In this document: positions 29,581 through 40,091 of the stretch, one piece after another | How the letters are laid out: every line of letters starts with the position of its first letter | Position numbering within the stretch: the stretch's first letter is position 1 | Origin: Nitrosopumilaceae archaeon | GTDB taxonomy: Archaea; Thermoproteota; Nitrososphaeria; Nitrososphaerales; Nitrosopumilaceae | DNA: 64,000 bases | Reading direction: 5' to 3' | Assembly: GCA_965214835.1 (NCBI GenBank) | Contig: CBDCCK010000002.1 | Coordinates: 1,088,001-1,152,000 of the forward strand | Position numbers and translations under genes: made by a program | Notes under the pieces: model-generated | What the model was told of the DNA's origin: nothing | The model's database searches: none | The model's input: the letters and a program-made list of their open reading frames with translations, nothing else

Positions 29581-31104
29581 ATGGACAGGATAGTCGTACT
29601 GGACTTTGGCTCGCAGTACAGCCACCTAATCTGCAGGCGGATAAGGGAGTTCTCGGTTTATGCAGAACTGGTTCCGTATGATATCTCGCATGACGAGCTA
29701 AAGGCAATGAATCCAAAGGGGGTGATTTTCTCCGGGGGCCCGTCAAGCGTTTATAGCGAGGAGGCCCCGGTTCCTGAAAGCAGGATTTTTGACATGGGCC
29801 TGCCCCTGCTCGGGATTTGCTACGGACACCAGCTCATAGTAGACAACTACGGGGGAAGGGTAAAGCGGGCAAACAGGGAGTACGGCTCATCGCTTTTGAG
29901 AGTTGATGACGACTCTGATCTTCTGAGGGGGGTGGGGGAGTCGGTCAGGGCATGGATGAGTCACGGGGATGAGGCAGAACAGATACCGCAGGGCTTTGAG
30001 GTCATAGGACACACTGAGAGTGCAAAGGCGGCAGCCATCGCAAGCCGCCCAAGGTCAGTTTTCGGCATACAGTTTCATCCCGAGGTGGTCCACACAGAGC
30101 GGGGGGGCGAGATTCTGCGAAATTTTGTCCTCAATATCTGCAAGGCAAGGCAGGACTGGACCATGGAGGCCTTTGTAGACAGTGCGGTCGAGAGGATTTC
30201 AAAGATTGAGGGAAACGTGCTGTGCGGGGTCAGCGGGGGCATTGATTCTACGGTTGCGGCGCTGATCATTCACAGGGCGGTGGGGGACAGGCTCAAGTGC
30301 GTATTCGTAGACAACGGCCTGCTACGCCTAGACGAGGAGAGAGAGGTCAAGGAGATGTTCAGGGACAACTTTAGGGTAAATTTTACGCCCATCGATGCAA
30401 GGGAGCGTTTTCTCTCAAGGCTCAAGGGAGTCACGGATCCCGAAAAGAAGAGAAGGATCGTAGGTGAGGAGTTTGTCCGGATTTTTTCAGATTTTGCAGA
30501 AAAGAACGGTCCGTTCAGATGGCTGGCACAGGGTACGCTTTACCCAGACGTAATCGAGAGCGGGGTCTCAAAGGGGCCGGCCGATGTCATAAAATCACAC
30601 CACAATGTAGGCGGACTGCCGGACTGGTTGAACCTAGAGGTGCTAGAGCCGCTAAGGGAGCTGTACAAAGACGAGGTCAGGCAGATTGCAGGAATTTTAG
30701 GGGTCCCCGACAGGCTTCTCATGAGGCATCCCTTCCCAGGTCCCGGCCTCTCAGTCAGGATAATCGGCGAGGTTACGCCGGACAAGCTGGGCATTTGTAA
30801 GGCTGCAAGCAGGATTGTCGAGGACGAGTTGGCGAAGGAAGGCGTCTATGAGAAGGTTTGGCAGGCATATGCTGCGGTGGGAGACGACAAGGCGGTGGGA
30901 GTGGTTGGGGATGAGAGGCGCCACGGCAATGTTGTCATGGTAAGAGTCGTTGACTCCGTCGATGCAATGACTGCAGACTGGACCAGGCTATCCCACGGGA
31001 CGCTAGAGAGGATCAGTAACAGGATTACAAACGAAATCGACGGGGTAACATGGGTGTCATATGTCATCTCAAGCAAGCCGCCTGCAACCATTGAACCCCA
31101 GTAG
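29581..31104 (+). CDS. guaA: GMP synthase (glutamine-hydrolysing)
   Basis: LDFGSQY, GICYGHQ, QFHPEV, SGGIDS, KPPATIE. Confidence 0.98.
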   Translation: MDRIVVLDFGSQYSHLICRRIREFSVYAELVPYDISHDELKAMNPKGVIFSGGPSSVYSEEAPVPESRIFDMGLPLLGICYGHQLIVDNYGGRVKRANREYGSSLLRVDDDSDLLRGVGESVRAWMSHGDEAEQIPQGFEVIGHTESAKAAAIASRPRSVFGIQFHPEVVHTERGGEILRNFVLNICKARQDWTMEAFVDSAVERISKIEGNVLCGVSGGIDSTVAALIIHRAVGDRLKCVFVDNGLLRLDEEREVKEMFRDNFRVNFTPIDARERFLSRLKGVTDPEKKRRIVGEEFVRIFSDFAEKNGPFRWLAQGTLYPDVIESGVSKGPADVIKSHHNVGGLPDWLNLEVLEPLRELYKDEVRQIAGILGVPDRLLMRHPFPGPGLSVRIIGEVTPDKLGICKAASRIVEDELAKEGVYEKVWQAYAAVGDDKAVGVVGDERRHGNVVMVRVVDSVDAMTADWTRLSHGTLERISNRITNEIDGVTWVSYVISSKPPATIEPQ

Positions 31105-31235
31105 AAGTTGAGTCCCAGAACGGAGATCAGGCATTGTGAGGGGTGCGGAAGCGCAGTGTCCACGGCTACTAGTTGATCACAGAAAGGGCGATTTTTTTCA
31201 ACCAGAGGATCTAAGATCTGCCAATCCTGTACAAG

Positions 31236-31313
31236 AGACCTTATGCGTAATCGGTTCAGATCAAAAAAATCAGGCAGTTTTTACATCATTTTTGGCAAAT
31301 ATGCATAAGGTCT
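31236..31313. mobile_element. MITE family B variant
   Basis: AGACCTTATGCGTAAT...ATGCATAAGGTCT; 3-bp TSD AAG; different internal sequence. Confidence 0.75.
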
Positions 31314-31585
31314 AAGGCATGTGGAGTGCAATAGTACGTGCAGTTGAAAATCGAACATTTTTTATTGAAATATGCACGAGATGTCAAAACTGTGATACTT
31401 TTTTTGGTGTGCGCACTATAGTTCAAAATGCCAATAAAATGCAAGTTATCTGTGAAGTCACTTGAAAAATTCGTACGGCTTCTGATTTCGGATCACCTCT
31501 CAGAGGGGCAAACTCTTACGTCAGGAACTGGCAAGTTATCGGGTGCTGCTTTCTAGTGGAAAGTGTCGGGTGCTTGCTGTGTAGC

Positions 31586-32269
31586 CTAATCTAATCGCCT
31601 TGAATAATGGTAAAGTTTGCCCAAATCATCATAATCTATACGGAATTTGGTTCCGTGGTTTCGCAGGCCCCGCCCATTATTTGTCCTCGCATCAAAATCT
31701 ATCGCCACAATTCCATTGGCTATGGCATTAATGAACGTCTTGGACTGTGGTTCTCTGTATATGTACGCCGTATCGTATCTTACCATCCCATTTTTCCTGA
31801 TCCCCTTCACCACAATCAGCCGCCGGAACTTGGATATGAAGGCGTTAATCAGGTCGTCATGTGTCCAGTACGGCCATGTCATATCACTTACGCCGTCGTT
31901 GCGTACGGTAATCCTGTCAGCCTCATTTGCAACATAGAATCCCCTGTCGGATCTGCCACGTATGGTATGTCTGAAACTAATCCTGTCTTTTACATCCTGC
32001 CATCCAAACTCCCTTACCATGTGGTGCATGTGTTGCTTTGGTTGTGCCTCCAAATGAAAGAGAGTCAGTAACGCAGATCCCGAATGGAATTTGATTTCCC
32101 ACTTTCCGGCATCCGGCATGTCAAAATTCTGGCCATTCACACCCAACAGCTCTTCTAAGATGTTGCCGGGAGCACCAGTGCCCCCATAACTGTAATCGGA
32201 CAGATTGTGCCATCCTGATGAAAGAATTTTGCGTACACGTGCAAACATCTCGTTGTCAGACAGCGTCAT
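31586..32269 (-). CDS. MvaI/BcnI-family restriction endonuclease
   Basis: GNILEELLG, PDAGKWEIK (PD-ExK), LTLF, RNHGTKFR. Confidence 0.88.
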   Translation of the reverse strand: MTLSDNEMFARVRKILSSGWHNLSDYSYGGTGAPGNILEELLGVNGQNFDMPDAGKWEIKFHSGSALLTLFHLEAQPKQHMHHMVREFGWQDVKDRISFRHTIRGRSDRGFYVANEADRITVRNDGVSDMTWPYWTHDDLINAFISKFRRLIVVKGIRKNGMVRYDTAYIYREPQSKTFINAIANGIVAIDFDARTNNGRGLRNHGTKFRIDYDDLGKLYHYSRRLD

Positions 32270-32949
32270 ATCTTACGGCTCCTGACCTTTGCAATCCTGT
32301 CCTCTGCCATTCTTACATAATCCGCCGATTTTTCTATGCCTATCCAGTCGATACCGGCCATCTCTGCTGCAATCGCCGTAGTCCCACTGCCCATAAACGG
32401 ATCCAATACAGGGCCACGACCGGCTGCCTGAATGCATCTGGATGCCAGATCCACCGGAAACGGTGCAGGGTGTGGATTGTTGATTTCCTGATTGATTTTC
32501 CAGATGCACCCTGCACTATTGGCTTTGGGGGCAAGCTTAAAGTCCGGTTTGGCAATAAGATAGATGACTTCGTAGTTGGGAAGAAAATAACCGGGATTGA
32601 AGTTGATCCCGCCTGAACGCTGCCAGATTATAATCTGGCGCACGGGAAAACCATCCCGTATGTCGTGGCGATCCTGCATGATGCCATGCTGTACGCGCCA
32701 TTTGTGGTTATAGAATATGGTACCGTCCGGCCTCAGTATGCGGAGCATTTCGGCAAGACACAGGCGCTGCCACTGCACATACATGTCATGTGGCATACAG
32801 TCATCATGCCCGTCGTAGCCGTTCTGCAATGCGGCTTTGGACCACTTACCTCCGCTGCCGTTTTTTAGGCCGTTGCCAGCGCTGTTTTTTATGTTATATA
32901 GAGGGGAAGTGACCACAAGTTTGGTGCTCTGATCTGGCATCCTCTGCAT
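32266..32949 (-). CDS. N4-C/N6-A DNA methyltransferase (beta-type order), possibly defective
   Basis: TSPLY (expected SPPY), HPAPFP, VLDPFMGSGTT; GDCL motif lies upstream of the first canonical start. Confidence 0.85.
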   Translation of the reverse strand: MQRMPDQSTKLVVTSPLYNIKNSAGNGLKNGSGGKWSKAALQNGYDGHDDCMPHDMYVQWQRLCLAEMLRILRPDGTIFYNHKWRVQHGIMQDRHDIRDGFPVRQIIIWQRSGGINFNPGYFLPNYEVIYLIAKPDFKLAPKANSAGCIWKINQEINNPHPAPFPVDLASRCIQAAGRGPVLDPFMGSGTTAIAAEMAGIDWIGIEKSADYVRMAEDRIAKVRSRKI

Positions 32950-33026
32950 AATGTCAAGGCAGTCACCATGTAGAACACGGCCTATGAATTTTTTCAGGCT
33001 ATGGTGTCTTGTCTTTGATGCTTGTG

Positions 33027-33290
33027 CTACTCGGGTGGGGCCGCACGGAACGACGTTTTGTTTATCATCTTAAATTCAGCCGTAAGTTCTGACAGTCTTG
33101 TGTTTAGTTTCATCATCTGCCTTTTTGTTTCATCGATTTCCATCTTCAGTGCCTTTTTTCTGGATTCTGGCTTTGATTCTGCCCCGCAGTACACGTCAAC
33201 CTTTTTTCCATCTGGATAATGAATGAAATACACGTAATTTTTGCCGTTAATTTCTTTGACCCTGACTACCATGTAGTAACAAGACATCAC
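33027..33290 (-). CDS. Small putative DNA-binding protein with C-terminal coiled coil
   Basis: VKEINGKNYVYF...KKVDVYCG; divergent from the transposase, first gene of the RM unit. Confidence 0.6.
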   Translation of the reverse strand: MMSCYYMVVRVKEINGKNYVYFIHYPDGKKVDVYCGAESKPESRKKALKMEIDETKRQMMKLNTRLSELTAEFKMINKTSFRAAPPE

Positions 33291-33516
33291 GTACTATTAA
33301 AAAATTTAGCCCTATACATAGGTAAATTTTATACTATATTTACCCCTTTACATAGGTAAGATGAATCAAAAGGGGTGAGGGCAATGATGAAAAAACAAGG
33401 GCCGGTCGCTATACTAGAGACTGACCGTGACGGTATGATGAGATATCAAGCCGTGACATCTGAGCCCTCATCTTATGATTCCAATCGTTCTATTTTAGTT
33501 TTTGAGGTGCGTTCCG

Positions 33517-33608
33517 GTATGTGGTCACGTCCCTTGCTAGCTAGGCGTGAAGATCACAATCATTCATGCTAATTCGTGCCTGACTGGCGGGGGTAGGTGA
33601 CCTCATAC
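33517..33608. mobile_element. 92-bp MITE family E, copy 2
   Basis: GTATGTGGTCAC...GTGACCTCATAC; 8-bp TSD GCGTTCCG. Confidence 0.9.
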
Positions 33609-33617
33609 GCGTTCCGC

Positions 33618-34838
33618 ATGAGTCCAAGAGAGGTTAGGGGCAAACAGATCGCAGAAAACCCAAACCAAATCGCCAGAATTAACGATACTCATTATACCGT
33701 AAAATCACAATCCCGAAACATCTGGCATGATATCATTGCCACGGAGCTGGCCGGATCTGCTCCTGCGAGGATCACCAATTCCGAAGTATGTGCTGCAAAC
33801 ACATCCATGCAGTAGAAATATCGATTCAAATCCACCGACAGGTCAAAGACGACATCATCATTGAAGAGGTTACAATAGACTCGTGCCAAAAATGCAAATC
33901 AGGCAGCATTAAGAAGGACGGCATAAGAAAAAACAAAAGCGGCAACATCCAGAGGTTCAAATGTCTTGACTGCAAGCACAGATTCTCAATCAACCTGGGC
34001 TTTGAGAGGATGAGGGCAACGCCTGACCAGATAACGATGGCCATGAACCTGTACTTTAACGGCGAGTCGTCAAGAAAGGTCGCACAGTCAATAACACTCA
34101 CGGGTGTTAAAGTGTCCCACATTACGGTTTAAAGGTGGAGCAAAAAGTACGTTGAGCTGATGGACAGATACCTTGAAAAAATCACTCCGCAGGTGGGCGA
34201 GGCATGGAGGACGGACGAGTTGTACTTGAAGATCAAAGGAGACCGAAAGTACCTCTTTGCCATACTGGACTCGGAGAACGGTTCTGGCTGGCCCAGATGG
34301 TGTCAGAACACAAGGGCAACGACGATGTGCCCCCAATGTTCAAGGACACAAAAAAGAGGGCAGGTAAGGTTCCAAGCACATTAGACTTTATGCGTAATCG
34401 GCTCAGATCTAGGATTATTACGAACAAATTCATCTCATTTAGGTCGATTACGCATAAAGTCTATTAGTCTCCGACGAGGCTGCAAACTTTCACCATGCCT
34501 GGAGGGAACAGTACAGGCCTAGGAACTTCCTGCACAAGGACACCGAACACCACAGGCACATCCATCTCTCCGGCGACACGAACAACAACCAGATGGAGTC
34601 CCTCAACGGCAACACGCTAAGGGCCCGCGAGAAGGTTATCCGGGGAATCAAGAAGGATGATTCTGCAATATTCAGGGGGATGCAGCTCCACCACAACTAT
34701 ATCCGCCCGCACCGGGGTCTTGATGGCGACACGCCTGCCGACAGGGCCGGAATCAAGATTCGAGGGAATAACAAGTGGAAGACAATAATCCAGAACGCCA
34801 GCACCCGACACTTTCCACTAGAAAACAGCACCCGATAA
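33618..34838 (+). pseudogene. IS6-family DDE transposase with N-terminal SWIM and Zn ribbon, multiply disrupted
   Basis: CSCED...CKHI, CQKC...CLDC, WRTDELYLKI, NNQMESLNG, NYIRPH; two frameshifts, one stop, one MITE. Confidence 0.88.
34383..34462. mobile_element. 80-bp MITE family B copy
   Basis: Perfect TIR AGACTTTATGCGTAATCG; 3-bp TSD ATT; removal restores KVPSTLVSD. Confidence 0.92.
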
Positions 34839-34900
34839 CTTACCAGTTCCGCGCCACCTCCATTCTTAAGTTTAAGTACAAATCAGGGTCTAGGATTAGT

Positions 34901-35299
34901 GTGGATGATATCATCAAGAGAACGTCAATCAAAATATTAGAATCTCTGCAAACAACCTTGGAGAAAGGCAATTTGGATGATGCCGCCACTTTCGGCACTA
35001 CGCTCACCGAAATCTCCGTCATACTGGATTCTAAGATGGGGGTGTTTATCGGCGAAACCGTCGAATCTTCTTTTATGCAGCTAGCCGAAGAGGCACGTTC
35101 GTACGAGATCAGCGATGAGGAATATTCCAAAGAAATACAAGAACTGAATTCATGTGCAAATGATCTGCTGAACGCGATCAAGTCAGGCGAAAACAGCAAC
35201 ATTTATTCCGCTCTTCTCGAACTTCGCTTTCATGCGACAAAAAAGCAGTACAGCTGGTCCGGCAAATACAAACGTCGTCGTTCCGCACGGTTTAGGTGA
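34901..35299 (+). CDS. Hypothetical all-helical protein
   Basis: Likely GTG start downstream of the IS6 end; stop overlaps the next gene. Confidence 0.65.
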   Translation: MDDIIKRTSIKILESLQTTLEKGNLDDAATFGTTLTEISVILDSKMGVFIGETVESSFMQLAEEARSYEISDEEYSKEIQELNSCANDLLNAIKSGENSNIYSALLELRFHATKKQYSWSGKYKRRRSARFR

Positions 35300-35790
35300 A
35301 AGTGATGGTTTCTAAGAACTGGGATGAAAGAGAACGAGAAATCGAACAAGGCCAAGGCCACCGGACACTAAGACACAATCAGGAAAACCCGCCATACGCA
35401 GAAGAGTCCGACGAGCGTTTTGCCACGCATCGCATCGTCCGTTTTTCCATACTAAAAAAACAGCGCACCGGCAAAGCATATCGCGCACTAGTCATTGAAA
35501 ACATGCAGTTCAGGTCGGAGCTGGACGGCCAAGCGAAGGAAATCCTATGTCTGCGGGAAAAAATCTCGGAACTGAAAGAGAAAGTCCAGGATCTGCGGGA
35601 AGGCTATAAGCGTATGCGGCTTGACGACATGCTTGAGCAGAACAAGGTCAGCAGAAAGGAGCTAGAGTCCATATTCGGCAACGAACCCGATTATGCGGAC
35701 ACCGCATCTCTTGACGGGTTACTGAAGAATTATGTGGATCCAAAGCAAAATTCACAAGAGTTGGTAAGGTCTGTCAGAGATAGGTACTGA
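35296..35790 (+). CDS. Coiled-coil protein, candidate antitoxin
   Basis: C-terminal SLDGLLK...SQELVRSVRDRY resembles archaeal VapB-like tails; precedes the PIN gene. Confidence 0.65.
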   Translation: MKVMVSKNWDEREREIEQGQGHRTLRHNQENPPYAEESDERFATHRIVRFSILKKQRTGKAYRALVIENMQFRSELDGQAKEILCLREKISELKEKVQDLREGYKRMRLDDMLEQNKVSRKELESIFGNEPDYADTASLDGLLKNYVDPKQNSQELVRSVRDRY

Positions 35791-36531
35791 CAGGCTGGTT
35801 TATTAGACCTTATGCATAATCGACCTGAATGAGGCGAGTTTGTTCGCAATAATCCTAGATCTGAACCGATTACGCATAAAGTCTATTACGATACCAACGT
35901 CTGGATATCCTACATGCTGGGTGAGAAGGACGGCTATTATGCCAGCTGCAAGCCTTTGATCGAGGACATAGAAAGCAAGAGAAAAATCGCCGTCGTGTCA
36001 CACTTGGTAATCATCGAGGCCATACACGTGTTGCGACAAAGGATCATTGAGAAAAGCAGGTTTGCCGGTGATGATAGGACGGAGCGCGACAGGATCATTG
36101 ATGTGGCAAACGCCATTGTAGGCAAGTTCGTATCCATGGCGGTCAAGTTATCCAAAGAAAAAAAGATCATCATTGCGAGACCCGACCGAAAGATCCACGA
36201 GCATCATTGCACGGTCATGAAAAAAATGAAGGGTTACTTTGGACATGTCAGGACAGTAAGCATGTGCCCATATTGCGAAAAAGGGCGCGTTGGCAGAGAA
36301 GATCAGAACGTCTGCCCGTCATGCAAGAACAGCCGCAAGCCGCTCAGCAGACACCAGTACAAGGCATTGGGTCACGCAGACATAGAGCGTGCATATTTTG
36401 CCAGTTACCACTCCGTTCCGCTGTTCTGTTCCACGGACAAGTCATTCCGTGATTTGAAAAACGATTCTGACTTTGGCCGAACAACATTTCAAGTGATTCC
36501 GCACCCCTCAACGCGGGATCGTTTCCAGTGA
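35770..36531 (+). pseudogene. PIN-domain nuclease with internal Zn ribbon, interrupted by MITE B
   Basis: Removing the MITE gives RLVYYDTNVWISYML; then IIEAIH, CPYC...CPSC, GHADIE, STDKSF; start codon uncertain. Confidence 0.8.
35805..35884. mobile_element. 80-bp MITE family B copy
   Basis: Family B TIRs; 3-bp TSD ATT. Confidence 0.92.
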
Positions 36532-36541
36532 TATCCTCAAT

Positions 36542-36695
36542 AGACCTTATGCGTAATCACAGGGACTGACGGGAGTACCCCGGCAGACAGGGCCGGAATC
36601 AGGATTCAGGGAGGCAGCAAGTGGAAGACAATAATCCAGAACGCCAGCACCCGACACTTTTCACTAGAAAACAGCACCGATAACTTACCAGTTCC
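36542..36695 (+). mobile_element. Lone MITE B TIR fused to the 3' end and right repeat of a second IS6 copy
   Basis: 36559-36695 is a diverged direct repeat of about 34711-34850 (TPADRAGI...KWKTIIQNAS plus terminal repeat). Confidence 0.85.
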
Positions 36696-36696
36696 C

Positions 36697-37428
36697 CTAG
36701 GTCATTATGATGTCGCCTAGCTGCCTGGGGGTGATTTTTTGGGCGCCCCTGATCGCCGACGTTGAATAAATCTCAGGGTTCCTTGCGTGCAGCCATGCAA
36801 GAAGCGACTCTGCCTCCTTGAGCTTTTTGAGTTTGGCGAGGCGATCCGCTCTTTTTGTGTTAGAATACCTGCCTATCTTGCATCCAAAGTCCATCCCAAG
36901 CAAAATGATTTTCTTTGCTCCAAAGTGGTGTGCTAAAAATACGGCGCGATCGCCGTCGGTGAATCCCCCAAAGTTGGAGATTCTTCCAAACGGCCTTGAC
37001 TGGGTCGTTCCAATGCACCTTGAAAAGCCTCTCACCATTGGAATTTTTTCCATGTTGTCCCCGTGTGCATGAACCACCATGATGCTTTTTTGCGATGCCT
37101 TGAGCAGTGATTTCGGGTCTCCGTCAAGATCCGTGACAACGATGTCTGGCTGGATTTTGTTTTGAATCAAAAACTCCGTTGCGCCGTCTGCTACGATTTT
37201 TGTAGTGTCCTTGTATTTTTTTAAGACTGGCAGGGATCTTGCAACTGAGGGGCCCGCTCCGACCACCATGACCGGCCTTCCAGAGATCGCTTTTTTAAGG
37301 CAGCCGGGGCTTGACCTTCCCCTTATTGCCGAATCCAAAAGCCGGGCTGACTCCTCGTCCTGCCTGCGCGAATAGCCGAATTTTTTGCGAATTCTCGCAT
37401 ACCTTGACTCCCAGCCCCGTATGGCCAT
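36697..37428 (-). CDS. mptE: 6-hydroxymethyl-7,8-dihydropterin pyrophosphokinase (MptE/DUF115)
   Basis: VGAGPS, ADGA, VTDLDG, HAHGDN, GGFTDGDRA; divergent from folP. Confidence 0.9.
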   Translation of the reverse strand: MAIRGWESRYARIRKKFGYSRRQDEESARLLDSAIRGRSSPGCLKKAISGRPVMVVGAGPSVARSLPVLKKYKDTTKIVADGATEFLIQNKIQPDIVVTDLDGDPKSLLKASQKSIMVVHAHGDNMEKIPMVRGFSRCIGTTQSRPFGRISNFGGFTDGDRAVFLAHHFGAKKIILLGMDFGCKIGRYSNTKRADRLAKLKKLKEAESLLAWLHARNPEIYSTSAIRGAQKITPRQLGDIIMT

Positions 37429-37462
37429 ATGACTCAAATTGGATTGGCACGTCATAAATCAT

Positions 37463-38317
37463 ATGAGGCTAGGCCCGGTACGTGTTGGGGGAAGCAATCC
37501 GGTCAGAATCATGGGCATACTAAATGCCAGTCCCGAGTCATTTTACAAAAGCTCCGTCAAGAGAACAAGGCAGTCGATTAAAAACACCGCAAGGCAAATG
37601 GAGGCAGACGGCGCCGACATCATAGACGTGGGCGGCATGTCAACTGCACCGTATCTGAAAACAGCGGTATCTGAAAAGACCGAGTCCAGGCGGGTAGTCG
37701 AGGCCGTCAAGGCAATCCAAGACGCCTCAAACCTGCCCATCTCGGTAGACACCTGCAGGTCCGGCACCGCAAAAGACGCAATGGATCTGGGCGTGGATAT
37801 TCTAAATGACATATCCGGCCTAAAGCACGATCCGCTGATGGCCGGTGTCCTGGCAGCGTACGACCCGTCTGTAGTTCTCTGCGCCTTTAGCAATTCCGTA
37901 TCCCGGGGGGATCCGGTCATACAAACAAAGAGTCTTCTCAAGGAAAGCATCGCTCTGGCAAGACGGTCAGGTACTGATCCCGAATCCATCACGCTTGACC
38001 CCTCCATCGGATTCTTCCGAAGGTCAGGACGCGGGGAATTTTTTACCAAAATTACGACTGACTGGTTTTTGCGCGACCAAAGAATAATCCGGAACCTGAA
38101 AAAAATAAAACAGGACCACCCGCTCTTGGTATCCGTTTCGAACAAGTCATTTGTTGGAAAGCTGCTTGACATAGACAACCCGCCTGATCGAGTTTGCGGA
38201 TCGGTAATCGTGGAGGCAATCTGCGTCCTAAATGGCGCAGACGTGATCCGCACCCACAACGTCTATCAAACAAAGCGGACTGTAAGCATAGCTGAGAGGA
38301 TTCCTAAAGGCTTATAA
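37463..38317 (+). CDS. folP: Dihydropteroate synthase
   Basis: MGILNASPESF, IIDVGGMST, ISVDT, SNKSF, IRTHNV. Confidence 0.93.
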   Translation: MRLGPVRVGGSNPVRIMGILNASPESFYKSSVKRTRQSIKNTARQMEADGADIIDVGGMSTAPYLKTAVSEKTESRRVVEAVKAIQDASNLPISVDTCRSGTAKDAMDLGVDILNDISGLKHDPLMAGVLAAYDPSVVLCAFSNSVSRGDPVIQTKSLLKESIALARRSGTDPESITLDPSIGFFRRSGRGEFFTKITTDWFLRDQRIIRNLKKIKQDHPLLVSVSNKSFVGKLLDIDNPPDRVCGSVIVEAICVLNGADVIRTHNVYQTKRTVSIAERIPKGL

Positions 38318-38332
38318 TGCATTTTCAAACCT

Positions 38333-39781
38333 TTGATAAAGGTTTCATTGGAGTTCAAGGAGGGATTAACTTTTGACGACGTTCTTCTCATACCCAAATA
38401 TTCAGATATCACCACCCGATCACAGGCGAATCTCAGTACAAGACTGTCTCGCAACATCACCCTGAATATTCCCCTGGTCAGCGCAAACATGGATACCGTC
38501 ACAGAGTCGTCTATGGCAGTAGCCATGTCCCAGCACGGCGGAATCGGCATAATTCACAGATTCCTAACCGTCAAGGAGCAGGTAAGCGAGGTTCTAAAGG
38601 TCAAGCGCTCGGGAAGCGTAATGATTGAAAACCCCTACACGATCAACTCCCAGCAGAGCGTTCAAAACGCACTAGACTATGTGGATGAAAAGGAGGCGTC
38701 CGGACTGCTAGTTGTTGACTCGGATTCCAAGCTTGTGGGGATTGTAACTGCAAGGGATCTTCTCTTTGAGACCGACATGTCCAATCCAATCAGGAATGTG
38801 ATGACAAGAGATGTCGTAACTGCACAGCCTGAAGTCGGGCTAGACGAGGCAAAAGCAATCCTGCACAAAAACAAGATTGAAAAGCTCCCCCTAGTAGACG
38901 AGTCGGGCCACGTCAAGGGTCTGGTCACAAGCAAGGATATTACCGATATTGAAAACTTTCCCGCTGCAACAAAGGACAAAAAGGGCAGGCCGCTTGTCGG
39001 TGCCGCCGTTGGTGTCAAGGGAGACTTTATGGAAAGAGCCGAACAGCTGCTAGATGCAAATGCCGATGTAATTGTCGTGGATATAGCACACGGACACAGC
39101 GAAAACGCAATCAGCACCGTAAGGAATATCAAAAAGGCATTCCCTGACTGCGAGCTAATCGCAGGAAATGTTGCAACCGGCTCTGGCGCCGAAGACTTGA
39201 TCAGGGCGGGAGTCGATGCAGTAAAGGTCGGCGTCGGCTCTGGCTCGATCTGCATTACGAGGGTCATTACCGGCTCTGGCGTCCCGCAGCTTACTGCGGT
39301 TATCGAGTGCGCTAGGGTGGGCCGTGACAACGACGTTCCGATAATCTCTGATGGCGGTACGAGAACATCCGGCGATGCCACCAAGGCACTGGCTGCGGGA
39401 GCATCGACTGTCATGGTTGGAAGCCTGCTTGGGGGCACGGACGAGTCCCCAGGGACCGTTTTGACCAAGAACGGCAAGCGGTTCAAGGTCTACCGAGGAA
39501 TGGCATCACTGGCCGCATCCATTGGCAGAAAGTCAAAAGAGACCGGCATCACCGCACTTGAGGACGATCTCAATGACTATGTGGCCGAGGGGGTGGAGGC
39601 CATGGTTCCGTACAAGGGCACAGTCGTCGACATTCTAAAGCAGCTAGGCGGCGGCATACGCTCGGGCCTGAGCTATTGCGGCGCGCGCACCATTCCCCAA
39701 ATGCAGCAAAATGCCGAATTCATCAAAATGTCAAGGGCCGGGTTTGCCGAAAGCCAGCCTCACGACGTATCCCTGATGTAG
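38333..39781 (+). CDS. guaB: IMP dehydrogenase
   Basis: LTFDDVLL, CBS pair, GSGSICITR, YRGMAS. Confidence 0.98.
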   Translation: MIKVSLEFKEGLTFDDVLLIPKYSDITTRSQANLSTRLSRNITLNIPLVSANMDTVTESSMAVAMSQHGGIGIIHRFLTVKEQVSEVLKVKRSGSVMIENPYTINSQQSVQNALDYVDEKEASGLLVVDSDSKLVGIVTARDLLFETDMSNPIRNVMTRDVVTAQPEVGLDEAKAILHKNKIEKLPLVDESGHVKGLVTSKDITDIENFPAATKDKKGRPLVGAAVGVKGDFMERAEQLLDANADVIVVDIAHGHSENAISTVRNIKKAFPDCELIAGNVATGSGAEDLIRAGVDAVKVGVGSGSICITRVITGSGVPQLTAVIECARVGRDNDVPIISDGGTRTSGDATKALAAGASTVMVGSLLGGTDESPGTVLTKNGKRFKVYRGMASLAASIGRKSKETGITALEDDLNDYVAEGVEAMVPYKGTVVDILKQLGGGIRSGLSYCGARTIPQMQQNAEFIKMSRAGFAESQPHDVSLM

Positions 39782-40091
39782 CAGGCTACGCCTTGCAGCT
39801 TTTTCCACAAAATTCCTAGTCTGCCGAACCCCGATTTTAGGCACGAAGAATTGGCCGTTTTTACGCGTTCAGGCACGATTGTGCAACAAGCTAAAAATTC
39901 CAGGTTCTGTAACATCTTCGAGGGAAACATGAAATACAAATCTTCTCCGAATTGCTCATTCAGTAGCCTTGTTTAGTGAGGCGTTCTGAATGATGGTCTT
40001 CCACTTGTTCTTACCGTCAATCTCAATCATGGCTTCCTGAGCTGGCGTCTTGCCCTTTAGAGATCCGTGTTTCTTTGTAAAATTATAGTAT

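Larger units (their letters stand above)
31524..34850. mobile_element. IS6-family cargo element carrying a restriction-modification pair
   Basis: 51-bp inverted repeats (31524-31574, 34800-34850; 2 mismatches) starting GGAACTGG; no TSD. Confidence 0.8.

Noticed and set aside
31107-31346. Cys-rich micro-ORF after guaA (CEGC...CQSC)
   Set aside because: Broken by a stop, frame changes and a MITE; too degraded to call
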